A DNA stretch of 42,198 bases from a virus. The stretch is taken from IMG/VR virus record IMGVR_UViG_3300045988_036440, positions 1 to 42,198 of that record. The stretch is one strand, 5' to 3'. The position numbers and the translations under genes were made by a program. Shown one piece after another: positions 34,377 through 42,023 of this stretch (position 1 is its first letter; every line of letters begins with the position of its first letter). Under the pieces are notes generated by a model that saw only the letters and a program-made list of their open reading frames with translations, was not told the origin of the DNA and did not search any database.

Positions 34377-34537
34377 CTCATAGATACCTGCTGCCCGGAA
34401 TCGTCCATGACAAGGTACGTGAGCGCCGGGTCAGCCTTTTTGAGCTGATCCGCATACTGTTCCGCATCCTGCACACACCGGAAAGGGATCTCGTTCAGAA
34501 AGACCATATCCGCCCCATAGATCTGAACCGTGCTCAT
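34373..34537 (-). CDS. Small hypothetical protein (54 aa)
   Basis: Start at MSTVQIYGADM (RBS GGGAGGTGG). Confidence 0.5.
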   Translation of the reverse strand: MSTVQIYGADMVFLNEIPFRCVQDAEQYADQLKKADPALTYLVMDDSGQQVSMR

Positions 34538-34692
34538 TTGCGCCACCTCCCGTTTTTCCATGCCCGCCAGACCAGAAAGACCACGACCAGAACGTTGAAT
34601 CCGATCCATAAGGTCAGCCCACGGGCCACCGCCTTTGCCGCCGGGGTGGAAAGTGCTTCCACGGCCCGGAACAGCAGCTCTGTTTTACTCAC
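34534..34692 (-). CDS. Small membrane protein (52 aa, GTG start, one TM helix)
   Basis: RBS AAAGGAG with an 8-nt spacer. Hand translation: VSKTELLFRAVEALSTPAAKAVARGLTLWIGFNVLVVVFLVWRAWKNGRWRK. ATGA overlap with the next gene. Confidence 0.5.
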   Translation of the reverse strand: MSKTELLFRAVEALSTPAAKAVARGLTLWIGFNVLVVVFLVWRAWKNGRWRK

Positions 34693-34719
34693 TGTAAAAT
34701 CTCCTTTCGTTCAAAAATA

Positions 34720-35334
34720 CTTTGCTTTGCCTTTGCTACGCGGAGCATCCCTTCTCCATGCTTTGCCTTTGCTACGCGCGTCTCCGCCTCTACTTGCGTT
34801 TCTTTGCCTTTGCTCTTCAGCGCGAATCTGCTCTACGCCGTTGCGCATCTCTTCGTATCTATGCCTTAGCGAATCGTCGCTCATCCATGCCTTTGCTTTT
34901 CTTTGCGCATCCATGCCTTTGCATTGCCAAGGTCAGCCTGGCTTATCTATGCCTTTGCGATGCATAGCAGAGCGGCGCGTATCTGCTCTACGCCCTTGCG
35001 ATGCCTTGCCGCCCACACCACGCCCAGCCTTGCCTTCGCTTTTCGACACGAGGCCCTGCATTGCCTTTGCTTTGCTTATCGAGGCAAGTCTGATCCAAGC
35101 GATCTACGCCTATCTACGCCGTTGCGCTGCGCTTTCCAGCTGAGCCTTGCCTTTGCCCCGCGCTACACTGCAGTGACTACTGTGCCCCTGCTGAGCAAAC
35201 TTGTCAGCACAATGCCGTTGCCGAGTTATGCGCACATATCCGCGCCTTCGCAAAGCTGTTACAGGCTATCCAGCGCCTTTGCAAATCATATCATTGCCGT
35301 AGCAGATCAAATCCTATCCATGCAATGCCGTTGC
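34720..35334 (+). repeat. Non-coding array of 14 exact, same-orientation copies of GCC[T/G/C]TTGC plus several variants. Extended consensus ATCYAYGCCKTTGC.
   Basis: Exact copies start at 34729, 34765, 34806, 34837, 34889, 34915, 34951, 34992, 35063, 35118, 35149, 35214, 35275 and 35327. Only low-complexity shadow ORFs cross the region. Confidence 0.85.
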
Positions 35335-35964
35335 TCAGTCGATGATGTCAAAGGTGAAGCGGCCCTTGCCGCTGTTTCTCCACTGGCCGATGCCGCGCAG
35401 AACGCCGTAGTCCAGCCACTCCAGAACCGCGTTCTCGAGCGATTCGTCCATGAGAAGGATCTCAAACTCGCAGGTGCTGCCTGCCGGGATCTCCTCGGAG
35501 TTGGCCAGGCTCACACGCTCACCCTGGGCCGTCTGGGCACGCAGGGGGCGCTGGCAGTCGCCGATCTTGCCGTTGACCTTGATGGGGATCATGCGGGGCT
35601 GCGGGAAGATCAGGCCGTCGATGACCTTCTTGTAGGCGGAGATCTTGCCGCTCTCGTTGACGGCCCGCTTCTTGCCTGTTTCTGTCTTGCCGCCCACGCG
35701 GGCCAGCATACCGCAGGAATCCTTAAAGAATCCCTTGATCTGGTAATCATACAGAACCGGCTCTCCGTTCTCGTTGCGAGGGAACACGGTCATGCCCTTG
35801 TCTGCCACGGCATCCGCGCCCAGAGCGGCCACCTCGTCCTCGATCGTGGCAGCATCCGGGCTCTTGCTGGCAATGAAATCCCGGGCAACGTTCTGGTTGG
35901 AGGGCCAAGTGCCCAGCACCGGCTCCAGGAATGTGATCTTGACTTTCAGAATTTTGGTTTTCAT
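35335..35964 (-). CDS. Conserved-looking protein of unknown function (209 aa) with a glycine-rich C-terminus GIGQWRNSGKGRFTF
   Basis: Start at MKTKILKVKITF (RBS AGGAG, 8-nt spacer). Directly upstream, in the transcription direction, of the repeat array. Confidence 0.65.
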   Translation of the reverse strand: MKTKILKVKITFLEPVLGTWPSNQNVARDFIASKSPDAATIEDEVAALGADAVADKGMTVFPRNENGEPVLYDYQIKGFFKDSCGMLARVGGKTETGKKRAVNESGKISAYKKVIDGLIFPQPRMIPIKVNGKIGDCQRPLRAQTAQGERVSLANSEEIPAGSTCEFEILLMDESLENAVLEWLDYGVLRGIGQWRNSGKGRFTFDIID

Positions 35965-36008
35965 GCTGATTTCTCCTATATCTTGTGGTTCATGTAATCC
36001 AAGACGCA

Positions 36009-36212
36009 TTATCTTGCGTACAGCAGGTTTCCCCGAGCGTCCCGCACCTGGATCATCTCGTAATGCCGGATGTTCTCGTCTGCCCAGTGCTGGGCCTTAA
36101 CGCTGGCGGGCTCCCCGGGGTATTCGTCCGGCGTGAGCGGGTCTGTAAACTGCCTGACATCGCAGCCCCGAGGGTTCTTACGGTAGGCGTAAGCATATAC
36201 AATCAAACTCAT
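36009..36212 (-). CDS. Hypothetical protein (67 aa)
   Basis: ORF coupled within the operon. Confidence 0.5.
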   Translation of the reverse strand: MSLIVYAYAYRKNPRGCDVRQFTDPLTPDEYPGEPASVKAQHWADENIRHYEMIQVRDARGNLLYAR

Positions 36213-36496
36213 GCGCCCCTCCGGTTCTGTCGGTAGTCCGGCTCCTCGGTGCGGGCGTGGGTGCGGTCAACGCGGCCATAGCGGCGGGCGTTCTGCTCAC
36301 GATCCCGGGCGGCAAAGCCCAGCCGCAGGAACATCACCGCTGCCAGCACCAGGCACAGGGCCGTGGCAAACTGGCCGTCGGAGATGGTGCTGCCCGTCTG
36401 TGCACTGCCCTCGATGCCCATGCCGTACAGCAGACTTGCGGCACCGCTGGCAGCGGCCAGCCAGTACCATACTCTTGATTTAACCTTCATCGTCAT
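36209..36496 (-). CDS. Small membrane protein (95 aa, two predicted TM helices)
   Basis: Hydrophobic segments VWYWLAAASGAASLLYGMGI and FATALCLVLAAVMFLRLGF. Confidence 0.55.
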   Translation of the reverse strand: MTMKVKSRVWYWLAAASGAASLLYGMGIEGSAQTGSTISDGQFATALCLVLAAVMFLRLGFAARDREQNARRYGRVDRTHARTEEPDYRQNRRGA

Positions 36497-36689
36497 CCTC
36501 CTTGTTCAGCTCACGAACAGTGCGGTAGAGAAGCGCGGACACCCATGCCATCTGCTTCTCGATGCTGTGCGGAAAAAGGCCTTCCAAAATCTGTGCGATT
36601 GCGCACACCAGAAGATGCAGCACGCCGCTTGAATCGCCTTCAACCTCGATGGTCGATTCCTCACTGTTGATGTAAAGTTTTGCCTTCAT
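36480..36689 (-). CDS. Hypothetical protein (69 aa)
   Basis: ORF coupled within the operon. Confidence 0.5.
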   Translation of the reverse strand: MKAKLYINSEESTIEVEGDSSGVLHLLVCAIAQILEGLFPHSIEKQMAWVSALLYRTVRELNKEDDDEG

Positions 36690-36940
36690 TCTTCCATTTC
36701 CTCCTTATAGTTCTCATACGGGCGGACGATCTTGCGTCCGTGCCGGTGCATATAATCGATAAAACCGTCGATGTATATCGTTGCTTGCCGCCGTTTGGTA
36801 TCTTCCCGGGGGACTACCCACCCGTCATACTCGCCGTGTGCAACATTATTCCAGAACTTGCTCGGGCTCATCGGAACGAGGTTTGCCCGGAACATCTCGC
36901 AGCACTCTGCAACGCCTTTCATTGTGATCCTTTCGCTCAT
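36686..36940 (-). CDS. Hypothetical protein (84 aa), possibly a small DNA-binding protein (Xis/MerR-like)
   Basis: Weak resemblance only: ITMKGVAECCEMF... Confidence 0.35.
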   Translation of the reverse strand: MSERITMKGVAECCEMFRANLVPMSPSKFWNNVAHGEYDGWVVPREDTKRRQATIYIDGFIDYMHRHGRKIVRPYENYKEEMEE

Positions 36941-36974
36941 GCCGCTGTCTCCTTCCTTTCAAAACAAATTGGTT

Positions 36975-37190
36975 TTAGTAAACCATGATTTCTTCTGCCA
37001 ATTTGCGGTTGTAGCCACAAAATACGGTATTGCCCGTGGTCTCGTTGCGCAGGGTGTAGCCCTCTCTGCTTTTCATAAAGCAGTACTTGTACTCATGCCC
37101 GCTTTGGCTTTTCTCGGTGTAGCAGAACGGCTTGTAACAGTCTGCCTGTGCAAGCGCCTTGCGAAAGCCGGTCTTTGTCATTTTGCACAC
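36975..37190 (-). CDS. Hypothetical protein (71 aa)
   Basis: ORF in the early operon. Confidence 0.5.
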   Translation of the reverse strand: MCKMTKTGFRKALAQADCYKPFCYTEKSQSGHEYKYCFMKSREGYTLRNETTGNTVFCGYNRKLAEEIMVY

Positions 37191-37203
37191 CCCATCTCCT
37201 TCC

Positions 37204-37902
37204 TTAGAACATGCTGGTCTGGCCGTTGGACTGCCGGATCAGCATCACGGTGTTGGTGCTGGGCTTCCAGCGCTGGATGTACTCCACTGCCTCGTCAAAG
37301 CGCTTGCGGGGAATGTTGTTTCTGCTGCTGACCCGGAACCACATCTGAATGTCCTTGTTGATCTCGCAGTAAACCATGCCCCGTACATGGGAATCGCCGT
37401 AGGCCGGGGCGTTCTTGCCGCCCAGAGCTTCCACAACAACGTGGTTCACGGCATTCTTGAGGGAAAGCTGCTGGTCATAGTCCACGACCATGTTGTTTTC
37501 CAGCGCCGTGATCCGCTGCTCCTGCCTCTGGGTGCGGTCGTCCAGCAGGAACAGCGCCTGCAGCTCCTTGCTGAGCTTGGGCATCTGCGGAGTGGCCAGC
37601 TGCTTCTCCATTGCGTTGAACGCGGCAATGTACTTCAGCTTCCACTCCAGCGCCGCCTTGCCGGTAAAGCCCATCACCAGCAGGCTGAAACCGTCCCGGT
37701 TCATCAGGTAGGTGCGCTGGGGTCTGCCGTAGCTGTCCGGCGTTTCGGTCTCAAAAAACATCTCCCCAAAATTGGGGACATCTTTTTTGATTGTGTCAAT
37801 GTCACGAATCACATGATCGTGGCGCTTTTCGAAGTTCTCAGCGATCTGGCGGCTGGATGCAACCGGCTCGCCGTTCTGGGTAGATAAGATAATGTCTGTC
37901 AT
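37204..37902 (-). CDS. Rha-family phage regulatory protein with an ORF6C-type C-terminal domain
   Basis: The N-terminus VASSRQIAENFEKRHDHVIRDID...YLMNRDGFSLLVMGFTGKAALEWKLKYIAAF matches the Rha family. Confidence 0.8.
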   Translation of the reverse strand: MTDIILSTQNGEPVASSRQIAENFEKRHDHVIRDIDTIKKDVPNFGEMFFETETPDSYGRPQRTYLMNRDGFSLLVMGFTGKAALEWKLKYIAAFNAMEKQLATPQMPKLSKELQALFLLDDRTQRQEQRITALENNMVVDYDQQLSLKNAVNHVVVEALGGKNAPAYGDSHVRGMVYCEINKDIQMWFRVSSRNNIPRKRFDEAVEYIQRWKPSTNTVMLIRQSNGQTSMF

Positions 37903-38102
37903 GCTTTCTTTCCTTCCTGCTGCTCTTCCAGCAGCTTGTCAACCGTGCAGCCATACAGGGCTGCGATTTTGGGCAGCATCGAAACGCGAGGATTGTTTGC
38001 GCCGGTCTCCCAAAAGGAGATTGCCGACTGGTCAACGCCAAGCGCGGCCGCTGCCTGTTTTTGCGTAAGTCCTGCTTTTTCCCGCAGTTCCGCGAAACGC
38101 AT
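37899..38102 (-). CDS. Cro-like XRE HTH regulator (67 aa)
   Basis: Start at MRFAELREKAGLTQKQAAAALGV (RBS AGAGGTG). The longer 38144 start in the track is rejected. Confidence 0.75.
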   Translation of the reverse strand: MRFAELREKAGLTQKQAAAALGVDQSAISFWETGANNPRVSMLPKIAALYGCTVDKLLEEQQEGKKA

Positions 38103-38137
38103 TCTTTCACCTCTTTCTACAATATTAGTTTTTCTCA

Positions 38138-38166
38138 TTGACAAGCGAAAGAAAGCAAGCTATAAT
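38138..38166 (+). promoter_or_regulatory. Perfect consensus promoter: TTGACA, 17-nt spacer, TATAAT, pointing rightward toward the CI-like gene
   Basis: TTGACA at 38138-38143 and TATAAT at 38161-38166. Confidence 0.7.
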
Positions 38167-38235
38167 AAAGGTGTCAAACAAATATTTTAGCGGGTTTCTT
38201 ATTAGTTTTGTATTAGTTTCGCTCATCACGATATT

Positions 38236-38264
38236 AGTATATATCATTGTTATTAGTTTGTAAA
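38236..38264 (-). promoter_or_regulatory. Leftward promoter: TTTACA, 17-nt spacer, TATACT, pointing toward the Cro-like gene
   Basis: Minus-sense TTTACAAACTAATAACAATGATATATACT. It is flanked or overlapped by ATTAGT(T/A)T repeats. Confidence 0.5.
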
Positions 38265-38326
38265 GCCCAAAATATTAGTTTTGTTAGTTTTCGTCGTTAT
38301 GCACAGAAACAAAAGGGGGCTTTTGT

Positions 38327-38650
38327 ATGTTTTGGAACAACTTTGAAGCTCTATGTGCTGAAAAGGGTATTTCCTACAATGCAGCAGCCGCCGATGTTGG
38401 TGTAAAATCGTCTGGAACTGTGACCGGTTGGAAAAACGGAGCAAAACCAAGAGGACCTGTATTAAAAAGGTTGGCCGATTACTTCGACGTTACTGTCGAG
38501 GAGCTCACCGGCGAAAACGAGCAAAAAGAAAAGCCCAGCACCGCCGGAGAGATAGATTTGAGTGGTCTATCTCCCGATGATGCCGAGCTTGTAAAGCTTC
38601 TATTGAAAGCGCCAGAAGCAAAGAAGAATGCGATCCGGGCGCTGCTGTGA
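38327..38650 (+). CDS. CI-like XRE HTH repressor (107 aa)
   Basis: HTH pattern FEALCAEKGISYNAAAADVGVKSSGTVTGWKNG. RBS AAAAGGGGG. Confidence 0.75.
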   Translation: MFWNNFEALCAEKGISYNAAAADVGVKSSGTVTGWKNGAKPRGPVLKRLADYFDVTVEELTGENEQKEKPSTAGEIDLSGLSPDDAELVKLLLKAPEAKKNAIRALL

Positions 38651-38651
38651 T

Positions 38652-38756
38652 TTAGCTGTTTAAAATATCGAGGACTTTCTGACGAAATGCAGGGTCACTC
38701 TTTAGCTTTTCGATGATCTTTTTGATTTCGTCCGGGCTGAACTGTGATTCCTGCAT
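38652..38756 (-). CDS. Very small protein (34 aa), convergent with the repressor gene
   Basis: Strong RBS AAAGGAGGAAAACAAA before the ATG. Hand translation: MQESQFSPDEIKKIIEKLKSDPAFRQKVLDILNS. Confidence 0.45.
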   Translation of the reverse strand: MQESQFSPDEIKKIIEKLKSDPAFRQKVLDILNS

Positions 38757-38782
38757 TTTGTTTTCCTCCTTTAGAAATATAG

Positions 38783-39505
38783 ATGTACGAGGTGTTAGAA
38801 TTGAAATTCAAGCACAAGGGATGTGCCATTGCGAGCGGGTTTGTTTCTCTTTTATTGTTATCACAAGTGCAATTTCATAAAGAAGATTCCCCGTTCAGTA
38901 TCATCTGGTCATCTCTTATTGTCTTTCTGGTATTTTTTTCTTTGTCCTATCTGTTCAGTCGCCTTCTGGTCTTGTTGTTCAGAAAGAAACGCAGCAAACT
39001 ATTGAAGCGGTCTGAGGTGGACTATGACATGTCAGAAACCAATAAGTCCCAAGCAGATGCCATATATACACTCAAAGACGCGCCTGTTCTTTGGAAAAGC
39101 AGTGTATCCGCATTAAAGAATGCCTTAACGCCAGAAGATTTCTTTCGGCTGTATGATGATCTCGTAGATTACGCAAAAGAAATATTGGCGGCGGAATCTG
39201 TCTGGCTTTCTTTCAATGATTCTTCAATTATTTCTAAAGAAAGCAGAGAAAACATTGCTGACGTTGCAAACGGAAATTGTTTTGAAGATGAATTAACTGC
39301 GTTTATTGAACAGTCTTATAAATTGGCAAAAGCTAAAATCGAAGTGAAAGAGACTGCTTCAGATAAAAGGAACGCCGCAAGAGCGTGGCATACCAGTTTT
39401 GACCCTTACTTGTCCAGAATGCCAGAAAAAGAGATTCATCTTCTCCATGAAAAGTACGGCGAACTTATCATGCTTGCTGATACATCAAATCTTTGTTCTC
39501 TGTGA
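38783..39505 (+). CDS. Membrane protein with two N-terminal TM helices and a cytoplasmic domain of about 160 aa. First gene of the AT-rich moron.
   Basis: TM segments CAIASGFVSLLLLSQV and FSIIWSSLIVFLVFFSLSYLFSRLLVLLF, followed by RKKRSK. The likely start is TTG 38801, after GAGGTG. Confidence 0.65.
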   Translation: MYEVLELKFKHKGCAIASGFVSLLLLSQVQFHKEDSPFSIIWSSLIVFLVFFSLSYLFSRLLVLLFRKKRSKLLKRSEVDYDMSETNKSQADAIYTLKDAPVLWKSSVSALKNALTPEDFFRLYDDLVDYAKEILAAESVWLSFNDSSIISKESRENIADVANGNCFEDELTAFIEQSYKLAKAKIEVKETASDKRNAARAWHTSFDPYLSRMPEKEIHLLHEKYGELIMLADTSNLCSL

Positions 39506-39512
39506 GGTTAAA

Positions 39513-40859
39513 ATGTCATTATTTGGAATAAAAGAAAAACAAGAACTTGAGGCCCTTCGTTCCGAGAATCAGAGCGTTACAGAAAAGAACGCTGCGCTTG
39601 AACAAGAACTGGAAGAGCTCAAAAAACAGAACGGCGCTCTTTCTGCAACAGTGGATTCTTTCCCTAAAAACCTTCCTTCATATAATGATATTCAGGAAGA
39701 AATCAAGAAAAGGACCGCTTATCTTGCTGGGTTAAAAGCTACGATTTCAGATACAGAAGATAAGCTAAAAGCGGCAAAACAAAGTCTTATCGAAGTCTCC
39801 GATGCCGTTCAGCTTCAGGATTTTGGCCTGTATACTCCGCACTACAATCTAATGCGTGCGGATGAGTACAAGGCTAAAATGATGGAGATCAGAGCCTTGC
39901 AGAAGGATATGGTTCGCAATGGCTCTGCCGTCACCGGCTCCCAGACCTGGACGGTCAACGGAAACGCTTCTAAGGGCAAAAAGATGGTGGCCGACATGCA
40001 GAAGCTGCTTCTGCGGGCGTTCAACGCTGAATGTGATGACGTAATCGAGCACGTCAAATACAACAACGTGGAAACCGCAGAAAAGCGCATCACATCCTCT
40101 CAGGAGGCAATCACAAAGCTGGGCACGATCATGGGGGTCTCCATTGTCCCTTCCTACTACCGACTGAAGCTGGAAGAACTTTATCTCGCTTTTGAGTACG
40201 CCCAGAAAAAGCAGGAAGAAAAAGAAGAGCAGCGGGAAGCCAGAGCCCAGATGCGGGAAGAGGCCAAGCTCGCAAGAGAAATCGAAGAGGCTCGGAAAAA
40301 GCTCGAAAAAGAGCAGCAGCACTATAATAATGCTCTTGCAAAGGTAAACGCCCAGCTGGATGCCGCTTCTGAAGAGGATCGAGCCGCCATCGAAGAAAAG
40401 AAGAGCATCATCGAGAGCCAGCTCCAGAAGATCGACAAGGAGTTCGCAGACGTGGATTACCGTCAGGCAAATCAGCGTGCCGGATATGTATACATCATTT
40501 CGAACATCGGAGCATTCGGAGAGAATGTGTACAAAATCGGAATGACACGGCGGCTTGACCCTCAGGATCGAGTGGACGAGCTGGGAGACGCTTCTGTTCC
40601 GTTCAATTTCGATGTTCACGCAATGATCTTCTCTGACGATGCGCCGAAACTGGAAGCCGCCCTGCACAACGCATTTGCGGACAGGAAGCTGAACTTCGTC
40701 AACCAGCGGCGGGAGTTCTTTAATGTAACGCTTGAAGAAATCAAAAAAGTTGTGAAAGAAAACTTTGACAAATCCGTTGAGTTCGTCGAACTTGCCCCCG
40801 CACAGCAATACCGTGAATCCATTCTGCTTCGGAAGAAAGTGCAACAGCAAGATAGCTAA
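39513..40859 (+). CDS. DUF4041-like plus T5orf172/MUG113 (GIY-YIG superfamily) domain protein, 448 aa. Candidate defence nuclease.
   Basis: Start at MSLFGIKEK (GAGG 5 nt upstream, overlapping the upstream stop). Long coiled coils. C-terminus GYVYIISNIGAFGENVYKIGMTRRLDPQDRVDELGDASVPFNFDVHAMIF...REFF. Confidence 0.7.
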   Translation: MSLFGIKEKQELEALRSENQSVTEKNAALEQELEELKKQNGALSATVDSFPKNLPSYNDIQEEIKKRTAYLAGLKATISDTEDKLKAAKQSLIEVSDAVQLQDFGLYTPHYNLMRADEYKAKMMEIRALQKDMVRNGSAVTGSQTWTVNGNASKGKKMVADMQKLLLRAFNAECDDVIEHVKYNNVETAEKRITSSQEAITKLGTIMGVSIVPSYYRLKLEELYLAFEYAQKKQEEKEEQREARAQMREEAKLAREIEEARKKLEKEQQHYNNALAKVNAQLDAASEEDRAAIEEKKSIIESQLQKIDKEFADVDYRQANQRAGYVYIISNIGAFGENVYKIGMTRRLDPQDRVDELGDASVPFNFDVHAMIFSDDAPKLEAALHNAFADRKLNFVNQRREFFNVTLEEIKKVVKENFDKSVEFVELAPAQQYRESILLRKKVQQQDS

Positions 40860-40892
40860 TTTCCTACCACAAATGCATTATACATCTTTCAG

Positions 40893-40917
40893 TTGTAATA
40901 TTCAACAGATATTACAA
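40893..40917. terminator. AT-rich perfect 9-bp inverted repeat TTGTAATAT-TCAACAG-ATATTACAA between convergent genes. Possibly a bidirectional terminator.
   Basis: Read directly. Followed by AATAAATTCGATTTTT. Confidence 0.4.
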
Positions 40918-40951
40918 AATAAATTCGATTTTTCTGAAAATAGTTAGATTT

Positions 40952-41161
40952 TCACTTGAAGTCATCCAGCCGCTGCATCTTCTGCAGCAGCTCCCCGGCA
41001 AGCTCCCCGCCGGGGCAGTTGGCGGCATCCAGCAAGCGCCGGACGCTTTCCGCCTTGCGGACCGCATAGAAGCGGGCCCGGGTCTGACACTCGGGCGGCA
41101 TATCCTCATAGCACGCCAGGGCGGCGCGGATGTGGGTGCAAAAGCTCTGCATCTTGTCCAT
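40952..41161 (-). CDS. Hypothetical helical protein (69 aa)
   Basis: RBS GGGAGGAATG upstream. Coupled to the 36-aa ORF. Confidence 0.55.
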   Translation of the reverse strand: MDKMQSFCTHIRAALACYEDMPPECQTRARFYAVRKAESVRRLLDAANCPGGELAGELLQKMQRLDDFK

Positions 41162-41164
41162 AAA

Positions 41165-41275
41165 TCATTCCTCCCAGGGCTTCGGAGTGGGCCGCGTGCC
41201 GGTGAGCACGCTGGCGGGCATTCCGTCAATGATGGTCATATCGGGGTCCATGGTGATCGTCTGACTGTTTTTCAT
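41165..41275 (-). CDS. Very small protein (36 aa)
   Basis: RBS GGAGGAAAATGAA before the ATG. Hand translation: MKNSQTITMDPDMTIIDGMPASVLTGTRPTPKPWEE. Confidence 0.4.
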   Translation of the reverse strand: MKNSQTITMDPDMTIIDGMPASVLTGTRPTPKPWEE

Positions 41276-41432
41276 TTCATTTTCCTCCTGTTTTTGGTAA
41301 TATTTACATCTTATGTACCAGATTCTACCATGCGCCAGAGGAAAATGAAATTGGTGTAATTTTTGTCGAATGGCGCAGAGTTTTTCTGCGCCATTTTTCT
41401 TTTATAACACGCTGCGTTTAGGGGTGATAAGT

Positions 41433-42020
41433 ATGAGTTATTTTACCGCTGCTCAAATCGGGAAAGCACTTTCAAAAGCGCGGGTATCCGCCGGGCTAAG
41501 TCAAAGAGAGATTGCGATCCGTCTCCAGAAGGGAGAGCGGACGGTGCAAAGCTGGGAAAAAGGAGACACAAGCCCAGACAGTGACGAGATCATGGATTGG
41601 TGCGCAGCCTGCGGAGTGTCCCCCATCACGGTGTTTATGGAAGTTATGCACCCGGATCTGTACGCAGTGCCAGACGGGCAGAAGGATGACGCGGCCATAG
41701 ACAAGGAGCTTCACACGCTGGTGCAGGCACTTCCACCGCTCTCCCGGCGGCTTCTGCTGTTCGTGCTCAAGGGCCGACACGGGAGCAGCCCGCCTGCAGT
41801 TATCTCTGAAATAGCCGCAAACCTCCACTGCCCTCTCAACAACCGGGTCAGCGTGTGCGGCACCATCATCGATCAGTACAGCTTTGCCCAGATCAGAGGG
41901 CTTGACCCGTGCCCGGACGAGCCGCATCCCCCGATGGAGGATTTGAAGATCAATTACAAGTCGGGGCGCGCAGCGTCAGAGAACGGCGCTTTGGGCTATA
42001 TAGGGCGCAGAAAGGAGTAG
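41433..42020 (+). CDS. XRE-family HTH regulator with a C-terminal domain of about 130 aa, immediately upstream of int
   Basis: Start at MSYFTAAQIGKALSKARVSAGLSQREIAIRL (RBS AGGGGTG). The stop is TAG at 42018-42020. Confidence 0.7.
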   Translation: MSYFTAAQIGKALSKARVSAGLSQREIAIRLQKGERTVQSWEKGDTSPDSDEIMDWCAACGVSPITVFMEVMHPDLYAVPDGQKDDAAIDKELHTLVQALPPLSRRLLLFVLKGRHGSSPPAVISEIAANLHCPLNNRVSVCGTIIDQYSFAQIRGLDPCPDEPHPPMEDLKINYKSGRAASENGALGYIGRRKE

Positions 42021-42023
42021 TGC

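Larger units (their letters stand above)
38124..38290 (+). repeat. Operator-like direct repeats. ATTAGTTT occurs five times (38124, 38201, 38212, 38252, 38274), with variants at 38233 and 38283.
   Basis: Read directly. All copies are in the same orientation and lie in the switch intergenic region. Confidence 0.7.

Noticed and set aside
34720-35334. Possible CRISPR array
   Set aside because: The repeated unit is only 8-14 bp. Spacing is irregular (11-64 bp). There are no 23-47-bp repeats with unique spacers, and no cas genes in the window.
34538-35997. Long plus-strand ORFs (34538..35143 and 34903..35997) and minus ORF 34711..34914
   Set aside because: Their sequences are periodic low-complexity translations of the DNA repeat (ALPLLR, MPL, KGKAW). 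The first two are also antisense to a well-supported gene.
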